Shown one piece after another: positions 10,442 to 18,114 of a stretch of 24,000 bases of DNA. The position numbers were made by a program, and so were the translations under genes. The notes under the pieces are model-generated. The model worked only from the letters and a program-made list of their open reading frames with translations. It had not been told where the DNA came from and made no database searches. The DNA comes from Catenibacterium mitsuokai (GTDB taxonomy: Bacteria > Bacillota_I > Bacilli_A > Erysipelotrichales > Coprobacillaceae): NCBI RefSeq assembly GCF_025148785.1, contig NZ_CP102271.1, forward strand, positions 877,569-901,568, read 5' to 3'. Each line of letters opens with the position of its first letter. Position 1 is the first letter of the stretch.

Positions 10442-11809
10442 ATGATGAAACAACTTGAAAAGTATTTAATGCCTTTAGCGGAAAAAATTGGGCGTAATAA
10501 ATACTTAATGTCAATTCGTGATGGTTTCTTAGTATCAACACCATTACTTATTGCAGGATCAATTTTCTTATTAATCGCAAACTTTCCAATTGCAGCTTGG
10601 ACAAAATTTTTAGAATCAACAATTATCAATCAGACAACTGGTGAGTCACTTGCTGCATTCTTATCAAAGCCATCTGATGCAACATTCACTATCATGGCAG
10701 TATTTGCAGTAATGGGTATCGCTTATTCATTTGCTGGTCAGATGAAGACAAACAAGATCTTCGGTGCTGCCTGCGCACTTATGTCATGGTTCCTAATCAT
10801 GCCATATTCAATCACTGGTAATGTTGCTGTAGGATCTAAAACTATTGAAGCAACTCTTTCTGGTATCCCATTAGGATGGGTTGGTGCTAAGGGTATCTTC
10901 GTAGGTATCATTACTGCATTCTTAAGCGTACATATCTATGCTTGGGTAGAAGGTAAAGGCTGGACAATCAAGATGCCAGCTGGTGTTCCACCAACAGTTG
11001 TAGAATCTTTCTCAGCATTGATTCCAGCAACATTTGTAATGACTTTCTTCTTCCTAGTAAACTTAATGTTTGGTTTCTTAGGAACAAACGTATTCCAGAT
11101 TATCTTTGAATTCTTACAGACACCATTACTTAACCTTGGTGATACATTAGGGGCAATGGTTGTTGCTTATATCTTCTTACACTTATTCTGGTTCTTCGGT
11201 ATTAACGGTGGATCTGTAGTAGGTGCTGTATTTAACCCAATTCTTCAGACTTTATCAGCTGAAAACATTCTTTACTTCACTCATCACCAGGGTACAGGAC
11301 ATATCATCTGTCAGCAGTTCCAGGACTTATTCGCTACATTTGGTGGATGTGGTTCTACATTATCATTATTAATCGCAATGTTATTATTCTGTAAATCTAA
11401 ACGTATTACAGACTTAGGTAAACTTGCTTTAGTTCCAGGTATCTTTGGTATCAACGAACCAATCGTATTCGGTTTACCAATCGTATTAAATCCAACTATG
11501 CTTATTCCATTCATGTTAGTACCAACAGTAAACATCATTATCTCATACTTCTGTATGGCTCTTAAGATTGTTCCAATCTGTTCAGGTATCAACATCCCTT
11601 GGACTATGCCACCAATTATCTCAGGTTTCTTAGCAACTAACTGGGTAGGTGCACTGCTTCAGGCTGCCTTAATCGTTATTGGTGTTATTATCTATATGCC
11701 ATTCATCAAGGTACTTGATAAGCAGTACTTAAATGAAGAAGCTCAGGCTCAGGCTGCTAAAGAAGAAGACGACATTGATTTAGACGACTTATCTTTTGAC
11801 GATCTATAA
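10442..11809 (+). CDS. PTS lactose/cellobiose-family EIIC permease
   Basis: 455 aa polytopic protein. The N-terminus LMPLAEKIGRNKYLMSIRDGF and the later GINEPIVFGLPIVLNP are typical EIIC(Cel) motifs. It has an acidic C-terminal tail. Confidence 0.9.
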   Translation: MMKQLEKYLMPLAEKIGRNKYLMSIRDGFLVSTPLLIAGSIFLLIANFPIAAWTKFLESTIINQTTGESLAAFLSKPSDATFTIMAVFAVMGIAYSFAGQMKTNKIFGAACALMSWFLIMPYSITGNVAVGSKTIEATLSGIPLGWVGAKGIFVGIITAFLSVHIYAWVEGKGWTIKMPAGVPPTVVESFSALIPATFVMTFFFLVNLMFGFLGTNVFQIIFEFLQTPLLNLGDTLGAMVVAYIFLHLFWFFGINGGSVVGAVFNPILQTLSAENILYFTHHQGTGHIICQQFQDLFATFGGCGSTLSLLIAMLLFCKSKRITDLGKLALVPGIFGINEPIVFGLPIVLNPTMLIPFMLVPTVNIIISYFCMALKIVPICSGINIPWTMPPIISGFLATNWVGALLQAALIVIGVIIYMPFIKVLDKQYLNEEAQAQAAKEEDDIDLDDLSFDDL

Positions 11810-11825
11810 GAAGGAGAGACGAAAC

Positions 11826-12347
11826 ATGAAAATCGTAATGATTTATGACCAGATCCAGTCTGGTAAAGGGATTAAAGATGATCACATGGTACCTTTAGGA
11901 CTAGTAAAAGAATCATGTGGACCTGCTATTATGATGGAACCATTCTTAAAACAGGTAAATGGACATGTTGTATGCTGTTTATATTGTGGAGATGGATTCT
12001 ATGAAGCAAATAGTGATGAAGTCAGCCGTAAACTTTGCGCAATGGTAGAAAAAATTAAACCAGATGTTGTTGTATGTGGTCCATGTTTCAACTATCTTGG
12101 CTATGGACGCATGGCTGCACGTGTCGCTTATGATATTAACGAAAAAACTCATTCACATGCTATGGCTGCAATGAGTATAGAAAATGAAGAGACAATTAAT
12201 GAATATAAAGACAAGGTTCATATTATCAAGACACCTAAGAAGGGTGGTACTGGTTTAAATGAATCATTAGAAGGAATCTGTCAGCTTGCCAAGGCGATGT
12301 GTGAGCAGAAAGACGAAGACATTGTTGCTTCTAAATATTGTTTCTAA
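11826..12347 (+). CDS. Stand-alone homolog of the N-terminal domain of glycine/sarcosine/betaine reductase component B (GrdB-like), function unknown
   Basis: 173 aa from the ATG at 11826 (AAGGAGAG RBS). The track start at 11796 overlaps the EIIC gene and has no RBS. The segments KIVMIYDQIQSGKG...GP, VVCCLYCGDGFYEANSDEV, KPDVVVCGPCFNYLGYGRMAARVA and HIIKTPKKGGTGLNESL align by eye to the GrdB N-terminus. Confidence 0.55.
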   Translation: MKIVMIYDQIQSGKGIKDDHMVPLGLVKESCGPAIMMEPFLKQVNGHVVCCLYCGDGFYEANSDEVSRKLCAMVEKIKPDVVVCGPCFNYLGYGRMAARVAYDINEKTHSHAMAAMSIENEETINEYKDKVHIIKTPKKGGTGLNESLEGICQLAKAMCEQKDEDIVASKYCF

Positions 12348-12355
12348 ATTAACTT

Positions 12356-12383
12356 GAGGATACGTGAGGACGTATCCTCTTTC
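12356..12383 (+). terminator. Hairpin with a weak T-tract (possible partial terminator or processing site inside the operon)
   Basis: GAGGATACGT-GAGG-ACGTATCCTC is a perfect 10-bp stem, but it is followed only by TTTC. Confidence 0.4.
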
Positions 12384-12403
12384 AATAAAAGGAGGATATT
12401 AAT

Positions 12404-13357
12404 ATGTACGGTATTATTGCTACTTGGAGAATGGCTTTAGAAGGTATTACAAAAGCAGATGAAATGTTAAAGAATCATGGAGATGCAGGAGATGCAATCG
12501 TTGAAGCTGTTAAGGCTGTAGAAGATTTCCCATATTATAAATCAGTAGGTTATGGGGGATTACCTAACGAAGAAATGATTGTTGAATTAGATGCGGCTTA
12601 TATGAACGGAAATACTCTTTCAGTAGGATGTGTTGGTGCAATCAAAGACTTTGCCAATCCTGTAGAAATCGCAAGAAAATTATCTCATGAAAAGGTCAAC
12701 AACTTCTTAGTTGGTGCAGGTGCTGAAAAGTATGCATCTAAGAATGGTTTTGAAAGAAAGAACATGCTCACTGAACGTGCTGAAATTCATTATCATAATA
12801 GATTAAAAGAAATGACTCAGGAAATTAAACCTTATTCTGGTCATGATACAGTAGGTATGGTCTGCTTAGATGAAAATGCAAAGATGACTTCTGCAACTTC
12901 TACGAGCGGTCTATTTATGAAGCGTTCTGGTAGAGTAGGTGATTCACCTGTATCTGGATCAGGTTTCTATGTTGATAGTGAAGTCGGTGGTGCAAGTGCT
13001 ACAGGACTTGGTGAAGATGTAATGAAGGGCTGTGTCTCTTATGAAATCGTAAGAATGATGAAAGAAGGTATGCACCCACAGGCTGCATGTGAAAAGGCTG
13101 TTAATACATTCTCTAAAGAATTAATCAAACGTCGTGGTGAAGCAGGAGATATGTCTTTAATCGCTATGAATAATAAAGGTGAATGGGGATGTGCCACAAA
13201 TATTGAAGGTTTCTCATTTGTAGTTGCAACTCCAGAACTTGAACCAACTGTATTTGTAGTAAAGCATGAAGGTGAACATAGCGTGTTTGAAAAAGCAAGT
13301 CAGGAATGGCTTGATGATTATATGCGTACAAGAACAGCCCCATTGGTAAGAAAATAA
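12404..13357 (+). CDS. N4-(beta-N-acetylglucosaminyl)-L-asparaginase / isoaspartyl peptidase family (Ntn hydrolase)
   Basis: 317 aa. The autoprocessing and nucleophile site is GHDTVGMVCLD. GRVGDSPVSGSGFY and GLGEDVMK are family motifs. Confidence 0.85.
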   Translation: MYGIIATWRMALEGITKADEMLKNHGDAGDAIVEAVKAVEDFPYYKSVGYGGLPNEEMIVELDAAYMNGNTLSVGCVGAIKDFANPVEIARKLSHEKVNNFLVGAGAEKYASKNGFERKNMLTERAEIHYHNRLKEMTQEIKPYSGHDTVGMVCLDENAKMTSATSTSGLFMKRSGRVGDSPVSGSGFYVDSEVGGASATGLGEDVMKGCVSYEIVRMMKEGMHPQAACEKAVNTFSKELIKRRGEAGDMSLIAMNNKGEWGCATNIEGFSFVVATPELEPTVFVVKHEGEHSVFEKASQEWLDDYMRTRTAPLVRK

Positions 13358-14451
13358 TGAATGAAGAAATACTAAAGGCTGTTGATGAGATTGCAGATGA
13401 GATGATTGAAGGCATCAAACGTATTGTACGTATTGATAGTGTAGAATCTGAGGCTGTGAATGATGCTCCTTTTGGAGAAGGTGTACGCCATGCACTTGAT
13501 GAAACACTCCAGTTATCTCGTGATCTTGGATTTGAAACAGTGGATGTTGATCATTATATCGGTTATGCACGTTACGGTAAAAGTGATGATTATGTATGTG
13601 CCTGTGGTCATTTAGATGTTGTACCAGTAGGTGAAGGCTGGAAACATCCACCATTTAGTGCTTATGAAGAAGACGGTGTGATTTATAGCCGTGGTATTCT
13701 AGATAACAAGGGTCCTATTCTTTCATGTCTTTATGCTTTAACTGCTTTAAAGAGACTTGGCATAAAGCCCGAAAGAGAAGTACGTATCATCTTTGGCTGT
13801 GATGAAGAATCAGGATTTGAGGATTTAAAATATTATTTAGATCATGAAAAAGCACCTATTGCCGGCTTTACACCAGATTGTAAATATCCTGTTGTTTATG
13901 CTGAAAGAGGACGTGCTGTTATCAAAGTGAAAGCTGATCTAGATCATTTGATTACTTTTATGAATAAGTATATCTTAAATACACAAAACAAAGGTGAAAG
14001 ACTTGGTATTGATTATAAGAATGATGAGTTTGGACAATTAGAAATCCGTAACTATCATTTAACTAAAGAAGACTTCAGCTTTTCTATTAGTTATCCAGCA
14101 GGAATTACACTAGAAGAAATACTTGATAAACTCAATCGTATTGAAGGGTATAAGTATGAAGTCGTGTCTCATTTCAAGCCTGTTTATTTTGATAAAAAGG
14201 CACCTATGGTAGAAATCATGAAAGAGACATATGAATATGTAACGGGTAATGATGGAACTCCAGTTACTACAACAGGTGGTACTTATGCAAAAATGATGCC
14301 TCATATTGTCCCATTTGGACCTTCTTTTCCAGGACAGAAAGGTATTGGACATAATCCCAATGAATGGATGACAAGAGAGGATCTCATTACAAATGCAAAG
14401 ATTTATGCTTTAACACTATATCAATTATCTAGAAAGGAAACAGAACTATGA
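13357..14451 (+). CDS. M20-family metallopeptidase (dipeptidase-like)
   Basis: 364 aa with GHLDVVP, RGILDNKGP and GCDEESG metal and catalytic motifs. TAATG overlap with the upstream gene. Confidence 0.8.
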   Translation: MNEEILKAVDEIADEMIEGIKRIVRIDSVESEAVNDAPFGEGVRHALDETLQLSRDLGFETVDVDHYIGYARYGKSDDYVCACGHLDVVPVGEGWKHPPFSAYEEDGVIYSRGILDNKGPILSCLYALTALKRLGIKPEREVRIIFGCDEESGFEDLKYYLDHEKAPIAGFTPDCKYPVVYAERGRAVIKVKADLDHLITFMNKYILNTQNKGERLGIDYKNDEFGQLEIRNYHLTKEDFSFSISYPAGITLEEILDKLNRIEGYKYEVVSHFKPVYFDKKAPMVEIMKETYEYVTGNDGTPVTTTGGTYAKMMPHIVPFGPSFPGQKGIGHNPNEWMTREDLITNAKIYALTLYQLSRKETEL

Positions 14452-15188
14452 TTGAAGTATGCTGTGGAAGCTATAAGGATGGCTTACGTGCTTATAAGGG
14501 TGGTGCCACACGCATTGAACTAAACAGTGCCCTTTATTTAGGTGGTTTAACACCTTCTGTGGCTTCATTAAAACTCTTAAAAAGAGAAACAACATTAACT
14601 ATTATTTGTATGGTTAGACCTCGTGGTGCTGGTTTTACTTATGATGAAATAGAATATAAACAGATGTTATTAGAAGCAGAAGACCTATTAGAAAATGGTG
14701 CAGATGGCCTCGCTTTTGGCTTTTTAAAGAGTGATCATACAATTGACGAAAAGCGTACAAGAGAATTTGTAGAACTTATTCATAAATACCATCGTACGGC
14801 TGTATTCCATCGTGCCTTTGACTGCTGTGATGATTTAGATCATGCTATGACTCAATTAATTGAACTTGGCATTGATCGTGTTTTGACAAGTGGTGGTCAG
14901 CCAACTGCGATAGATGGAGCAGATAAAATCAAATCATTACAAGAAAATTATGGTAAGGATATTGAAATTCTTGCAGGAAGTGGTGTGAACTATAATAATG
15001 CATCCTCTTTAATGGAACATACAGGTATCTCTCAGGTACATTCTTCTTGTAAGGATTATGAAGAAGATCCTACAACTTCAGGCAAGTCTGTCACTTATAG
15101 CTATTATACGGGCACACATGCTAATGATTATGAAAGTGTGGACCAGGAAAATGTCGAAAAACTTGTCAGCAGCCTACAAAACAAATAA
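14448..15188 (+). CDS. cutC: CutC-family protein (TIM-barrel, so-called copper homeostasis protein)
   Basis: 246 aa. The N-terminus MIEVCCGSYKDGLRAYKGGATRIELNSALYLGGLTPS and the later RVLTSGG are characteristic of CutC. ATGA overlap with the M20 gene. Confidence 0.85.
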   Translation: MIEVCCGSYKDGLRAYKGGATRIELNSALYLGGLTPSVASLKLLKRETTLTIICMVRPRGAGFTYDEIEYKQMLLEAEDLLENGADGLAFGFLKSDHTIDEKRTREFVELIHKYHRTAVFHRAFDCCDDLDHAMTQLIELGIDRVLTSGGQPTAIDGADKIKSLQENYGKDIEILAGSGVNYNNASSLMEHTGISQVHSSCKDYEEDPTTSGKSVTYSYYTGTHANDYESVDQENVEKLVSSLQNK

Positions 15189-15555
15189 AAGATATATTAT
15201 TACTTTCTTTGCGGTGTTCTTTTCGGCACTCTTACAGACATTTGTTCTTCAGACGTTTTTGAATCCTTCTGACCTTTTATCAAGTGGTTTTACCGGTATT
15301 GCGATTTTAATTAATCGTATCAGCATGCTTTATGGATATTCATTATCTATTTCCACGCTTGTGATTGTACTGAATCTACCTGTCGCAATTGTATGTTATA
15401 AGACAATAGGTAAGAAATTTGTTTTCTTCTCTTTCTTACAAGTTATCTTCTTCAGTATTTTCACAAGGGTATTATCATTTGATCCATTATTTGATGATGT
15501 GATCTTGAATGTCTGTTTTGGTGGATTTCTTTATGGCTTTGCGATTGCGATGTGA
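15151..15555 (+). pseudogene. YitT-family membrane protein gene, 5' fragment truncated by transposon insertion
   Basis: From the ATG at 15151: MSKNLSAAYKTNKRYIITFF...LLSSGFTGIAILINRI...VLNLPVAIVCYKTIGKKFVFFSFLQ...CFGGFLYGFAIAM*. This matches the first ~134 aa of YitT proteins, which are normally ~280 aa. The reading frame stops at a TGA that belongs to the TGTGA transposon terminus. The upstream extension in the track (15058) overlaps cutC and is rejected. Confidence 0.8.
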
Positions 15556-15700
15556 TTTTCCCGTTGAATTGTTCCGTTCGTTGATTTGTTCCGTTCAGAT
15601 AGGATATTTTCCCTTTGATTACTTCCGTTCGTGATTTTAATTAGTTCCGTTCGTGGATTTAATTAGTTCCGTTCGCGAAATTTGATTAGTTCCGTTCGGA
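15551..15700 (+). repeat. Transposon end: TGT terminus plus an array of putative TnsB-binding sites
   Basis: It starts TGTGATTTTCCCGTTG. Exact TTCCGTTCG copies lie at 15572, 15623, 15645, 15667 and 15690, and the last four are on a 22-23 bp register as ATTAGTTCCGTTCG. A TTCCGTTCA variant lies at 15589, and degenerate copies lie at 15558 and 15609. All are in the same orientation. Confidence 0.8.
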
Positions 15701-15750
15701 GGATGGCAAATTTAACATTTAGTTCCCAATTCGGGGTATAGGAGGAAACA

Positions 15751-15936
15751 ATGTATAAATCAAAACGCAGCCTCAAAGTGTACAAGGCACCACTTGGTTT
15801 AAATAGTAAACAGCAGATTCCAAGAATTCAGCTTCAGGGCCGGTGACTCGAAGCACTTGGATATCACGTGGGCGATAAAGTTGATGTTCAGTGTACTGGT
15901 GACATGATCATCATCAATAAAATGAAGACTATATAA
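15751..15936 (+). pseudogene. symE: SymE-family (AbrB-fold) type I toxin homolog interrupted by an in-frame TGA
   Basis: GGAGGAAACA RBS. Translation gives MYKSKRSLKVYKAPLGLNSKQQIPRIQLQGR*LEALGYHVGDKVDVQCTGDMIIINKMKTI. It matches the SymE core IPxIxLxGxWLExxGFxxGxxVxV, with the TGA (15844-15846) exactly where the conserved Trp (TGG) is expected. Confidence 0.7.
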
Positions 15937-15943
15937 AACAAAC

Positions 15944-15971
15944 AAGCGTCGGCAATGAGTCGGCGCTTTTC
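15944..15971 (+). terminator. Rho-independent terminator after the symE-like gene
   Basis: AAGCGTCGGC-AATGA-GTCGGCGCTT is a 10-bp stem with two G-U pairs, followed by TTTT. Confidence 0.6.
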
Positions 15972-16124
15972 TGACATATAATATATGATAAAAGATAGTG
16001 AAAAACGATGAAACGCGCAGACGATACATCAATATTGGTGTATAATGTGTGTAGAAATATTTATGACGAACAAATACTAAGAAAGGACTGTGGCTTATGA
16101 ACACAAAGACTTGGGGAGATACGA

Positions 16125-17078
16125 ATGGATAAACTGATTGATATTAACGCGTATCCCGTAAAGGATACCTTGAAGATTCTTCTTCAAGATAAATCAACGA
16201 AAAAGAACATTATCTGGGCTACAGACATTTATAGCGAATATGGTCCAGGATTCAACGATAAGAACCAAATTAAGCAGTCGTTGTTTAATGGAACGAATGC
16301 GTTTAAGCTGCGCCCTCGTATTAGCAAGACTTTTGAGGAACAGCAAGAACGCACCCGCAAGAAGGCTGAGGTTATGACGCCCGTGTGGCTTTGCAATAAA
16401 ATGAACAATTACGCTGATGAGCAGTGGTTTGGACGTAAAGATGTCTTTAATCATGAGAACAACGACAATACATGGACTGTCAATGAAGAAAAGATAGTTT
16501 TTGATGGAAAACGTACATGGAAGAAATACGTGGACTCCCGTAGACTTGAAATTACATGTGGAGAGGCCCCGTATCTTGTCTCACGTTATGATACAACAAC
16601 AGGTGAGTTGATTGTACCGCCAATCAATAGAATCGGATTTTTAGACCGTAAACTACGTGTTGTGAATGAAAATACAATCACCGAAGAAGAATGGCTTAAA
16701 TGGGCTGAGCGAGCAATACAAAGCTGTTACGGTTATGAGTACCAGGGTGACAATCTCTTGATTGCCCGTATCAATGTACTTTTATCATTCTACGAATATT
16801 TTATAGAGCGTTGGAAACATGATCCCAATATGAAGATATTGACGCGTATAGCGAACATTATCAGTTGGAATATCTGGCAGATGGATGGTTTGAAAGACAC
16901 AGTTCCACTAGGAAAACCATACGAGGAGAATCATCAATTAACATTATTTGAACTCCTTGAATTTGAAGATGAAACAACACAATCAGCAGAAACAATAGAA
17001 GAGGCTGTTCCGTGTAAGATTTATGATTGGCGTGCTAACACATCAATGTTATTTAAAGATTGTAAGAAAAGAGGTTAA
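16125..17078 (+). CDS. N-terminal (AdoMet-binding) half of a gamma-class, TaqI/Eco57I-like N6-adenine DNA methyltransferase
   Basis: 317 aa, GGGGAG RBS. It has a motif X-like AEVMTPVWLCNKM (nt 16365-16406) and a motif I-like RLEITCGEAPYL (nt 16542-16580; compare M.TaqI LEPACAHGPFL). It has a motif II/III-like YGYEYQGDNLLIARINVLL (nt 16725-16784). No NPPY motif is present in this ORF. Confidence 0.6.
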   Translation: MDKLIDINAYPVKDTLKILLQDKSTKKNIIWATDIYSEYGPGFNDKNQIKQSLFNGTNAFKLRPRISKTFEEQQERTRKKAEVMTPVWLCNKMNNYADEQWFGRKDVFNHENNDNTWTVNEEKIVFDGKRTWKKYVDSRRLEITCGEAPYLVSRYDTTTGELIVPPINRIGFLDRKLRVVNENTITEEEWLKWAERAIQSCYGYEYQGDNLLIARINVLLSFYEYFIERWKHDPNMKILTRIANIISWNIWQMDGLKDTVPLGKPYEENHQLTLFELLEFEDETTQSAETIEEAVPCKIYDWRANTSMLFKDCKKRG

Positions 17079-17084
17079 AAGAGT

Positions 17085-18113
17085 ATGAGTAAAAAATTAT
17101 TTGATTTTTGCATTGGAAATCCACCTTATCAGCAAGAATCTAATGGAGCTAACGATAATAGTACCCCTATTTATCACAATTTCTTAGAAGCTGCATTTTC
17201 GATTAGTAAGAAAGTTGAAATGATTCATCCGGCTAGATTCTTGTTTAATGCCGGTGGAACGCCAAAAGCATGGAACGAAAAAATGTTAAATGACGAGCAT
17301 TTTAAAGTATTACGTTATGAGGAGGATGCTACGAAAGTTTTTGCCAATACGGATATCAAGGGTGGTGTCGCAATAACTTATCGCGATTGTGATACTATTT
17401 ATAAAGCAATTGGTGTATTTACAAAATACCCTGAATTAAATTCTATTAGACAAAAAGTGTGGGAGAAAACAACAGACAGCTTATGTACGGTAATAACAAA
17501 TCGTGGAATTTATCGTTATTCAGATATGGTATACAAAGTTCATCCAGAGGAAATGAAAAAAACAGCTGATAGACGAATTGCTCCGAGTTGTTTCGAGCGT
17601 ATGCCAACCTTATTTACAGAAGAAAAACCTATAGATGATAAAGAATATATACAAATTCTAGGGGTGAATAAAAGTAACCGTTTTTATAAGTGGTTTAGAA
17701 AAGATTTTGTGAAAGATGTAGATAATTTGAAAAAATATAAAGTTTTGGTACCAAAAGCGAGTGGTTCGGGGGCATTTGGGGAAACGTTAAGTAATCCGTT
17801 AGTAGTAGGCCCGATGGTTGGATTTACAGAAACTTTTATTTCGATAGGAGCTTGCGATAATGAGCAGGATGCTAACGCGACATTGAGGTATGTTAAAACT
17901 AAATTTTTACGTACTTTGCTTTCAATTTTAAAGGTTACACAAAATAATGCAAAACCAACATGGGCATATGTTCCTATCCAGGACTTTACATCTAAGTCTG
18001 ATATCGACTGGTCTAAATCTATTCATGACATTGATTTACAGCTTTATAGAAAGTATGGGTTAAGCGCTGAAGAAGTTGCATTTATCGAAACTAATGTAAA
18101 GGAGATGGAATAA
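17085..18113 (+). CDS. Catalytic (NPPY) and putative target-recognition half of an Eco57I-type N6-adenine DNA methyltransferase
   Basis: 342 aa. It starts MSKKLFDFCIGNPPYQ, with motif IV NPPY at nt 17118-17129. The C-terminal tail IDWSKSIHDIDLQLYRKYGLSAEEVAFIE is typical of Eco57I-family methylases. It is in the same reading frame as the upstream ORF, separated by one TAA and two codons. Confidence 0.8.
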   Translation: MSKKLFDFCIGNPPYQQESNGANDNSTPIYHNFLEAAFSISKKVEMIHPARFLFNAGGTPKAWNEKMLNDEHFKVLRYEEDATKVFANTDIKGGVAITYRDCDTIYKAIGVFTKYPELNSIRQKVWEKTTDSLCTVITNRGIYRYSDMVYKVHPEEMKKTADRRIAPSCFERMPTLFTEEKPIDDKEYIQILGVNKSNRFYKWFRKDFVKDVDNLKKYKVLVPKASGSGAFGETLSNPLVVGPMVGFTETFISIGACDNEQDANATLRYVKTKFLRTLLSILKVTQNNAKPTWAYVPIQDFTSKSDIDWSKSIHDIDLQLYRKYGLSAEEVAFIETNVKEME

Positions 18114-18114
18114 T

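Noticed and set aside
11740-11809. Acidic C-terminal tail on the EIIC permease (EEAQAQAAKEEDDIDLDDLSFDDL)
   Set aside because: It is unusual-looking but short and low-complexity, and cytoplasmic tails of permeases vary widely. I have no evidence that it is functional.
15058-15150. Upstream extension of the YitT-like ORF (track start 15058)
   Set aside because: The extension lies entirely inside the cutC coding region in another frame and has no RBS. The YitT-like similarity begins after the ATG at 15151.
15551-15700. Short direct repeats as a possible mini CRISPR array
   Set aside because: The repeat core is only 9-14 bp on a ~22-bp register, so there are no spacer-sized unique intervals. 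There is no cas context. The TGT terminus and broken host gene fit transposase-binding sites instead.
15844-15846. In-frame TGA in the symE-like gene as evidence for TGA=Trp recoding (genetic code 4)
   Set aside because: TGA clearly functions as a stop elsewhere in the window. It ends the arginase-family gene at 3213-3215 and the PRD regulator at 9130-9132, each followed by proper RBS/start or intergenic sequence. A point mutation or read-through is the simpler explanation.
16018-16046. Candidate promoter for the restriction-like module (TATAAT at 16041-16046)
   Set aside because: The -10 hexamer is perfect. The best -35 at 17-bp spacing (CAGACG) matches only 3 of 6 positions, and the TG is not in the extended -10 register. 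It is plausible but not supportable without transcript data.
15799-16104. 101-aa minus-strand ORF from the track
   Set aside because: It runs antisense across the symE-like gene, its terminator and the promoter region of the methylase gene. It has no RBS and its sequence is low-complexity and hydrophobic. It is most likely a shadow ORF.
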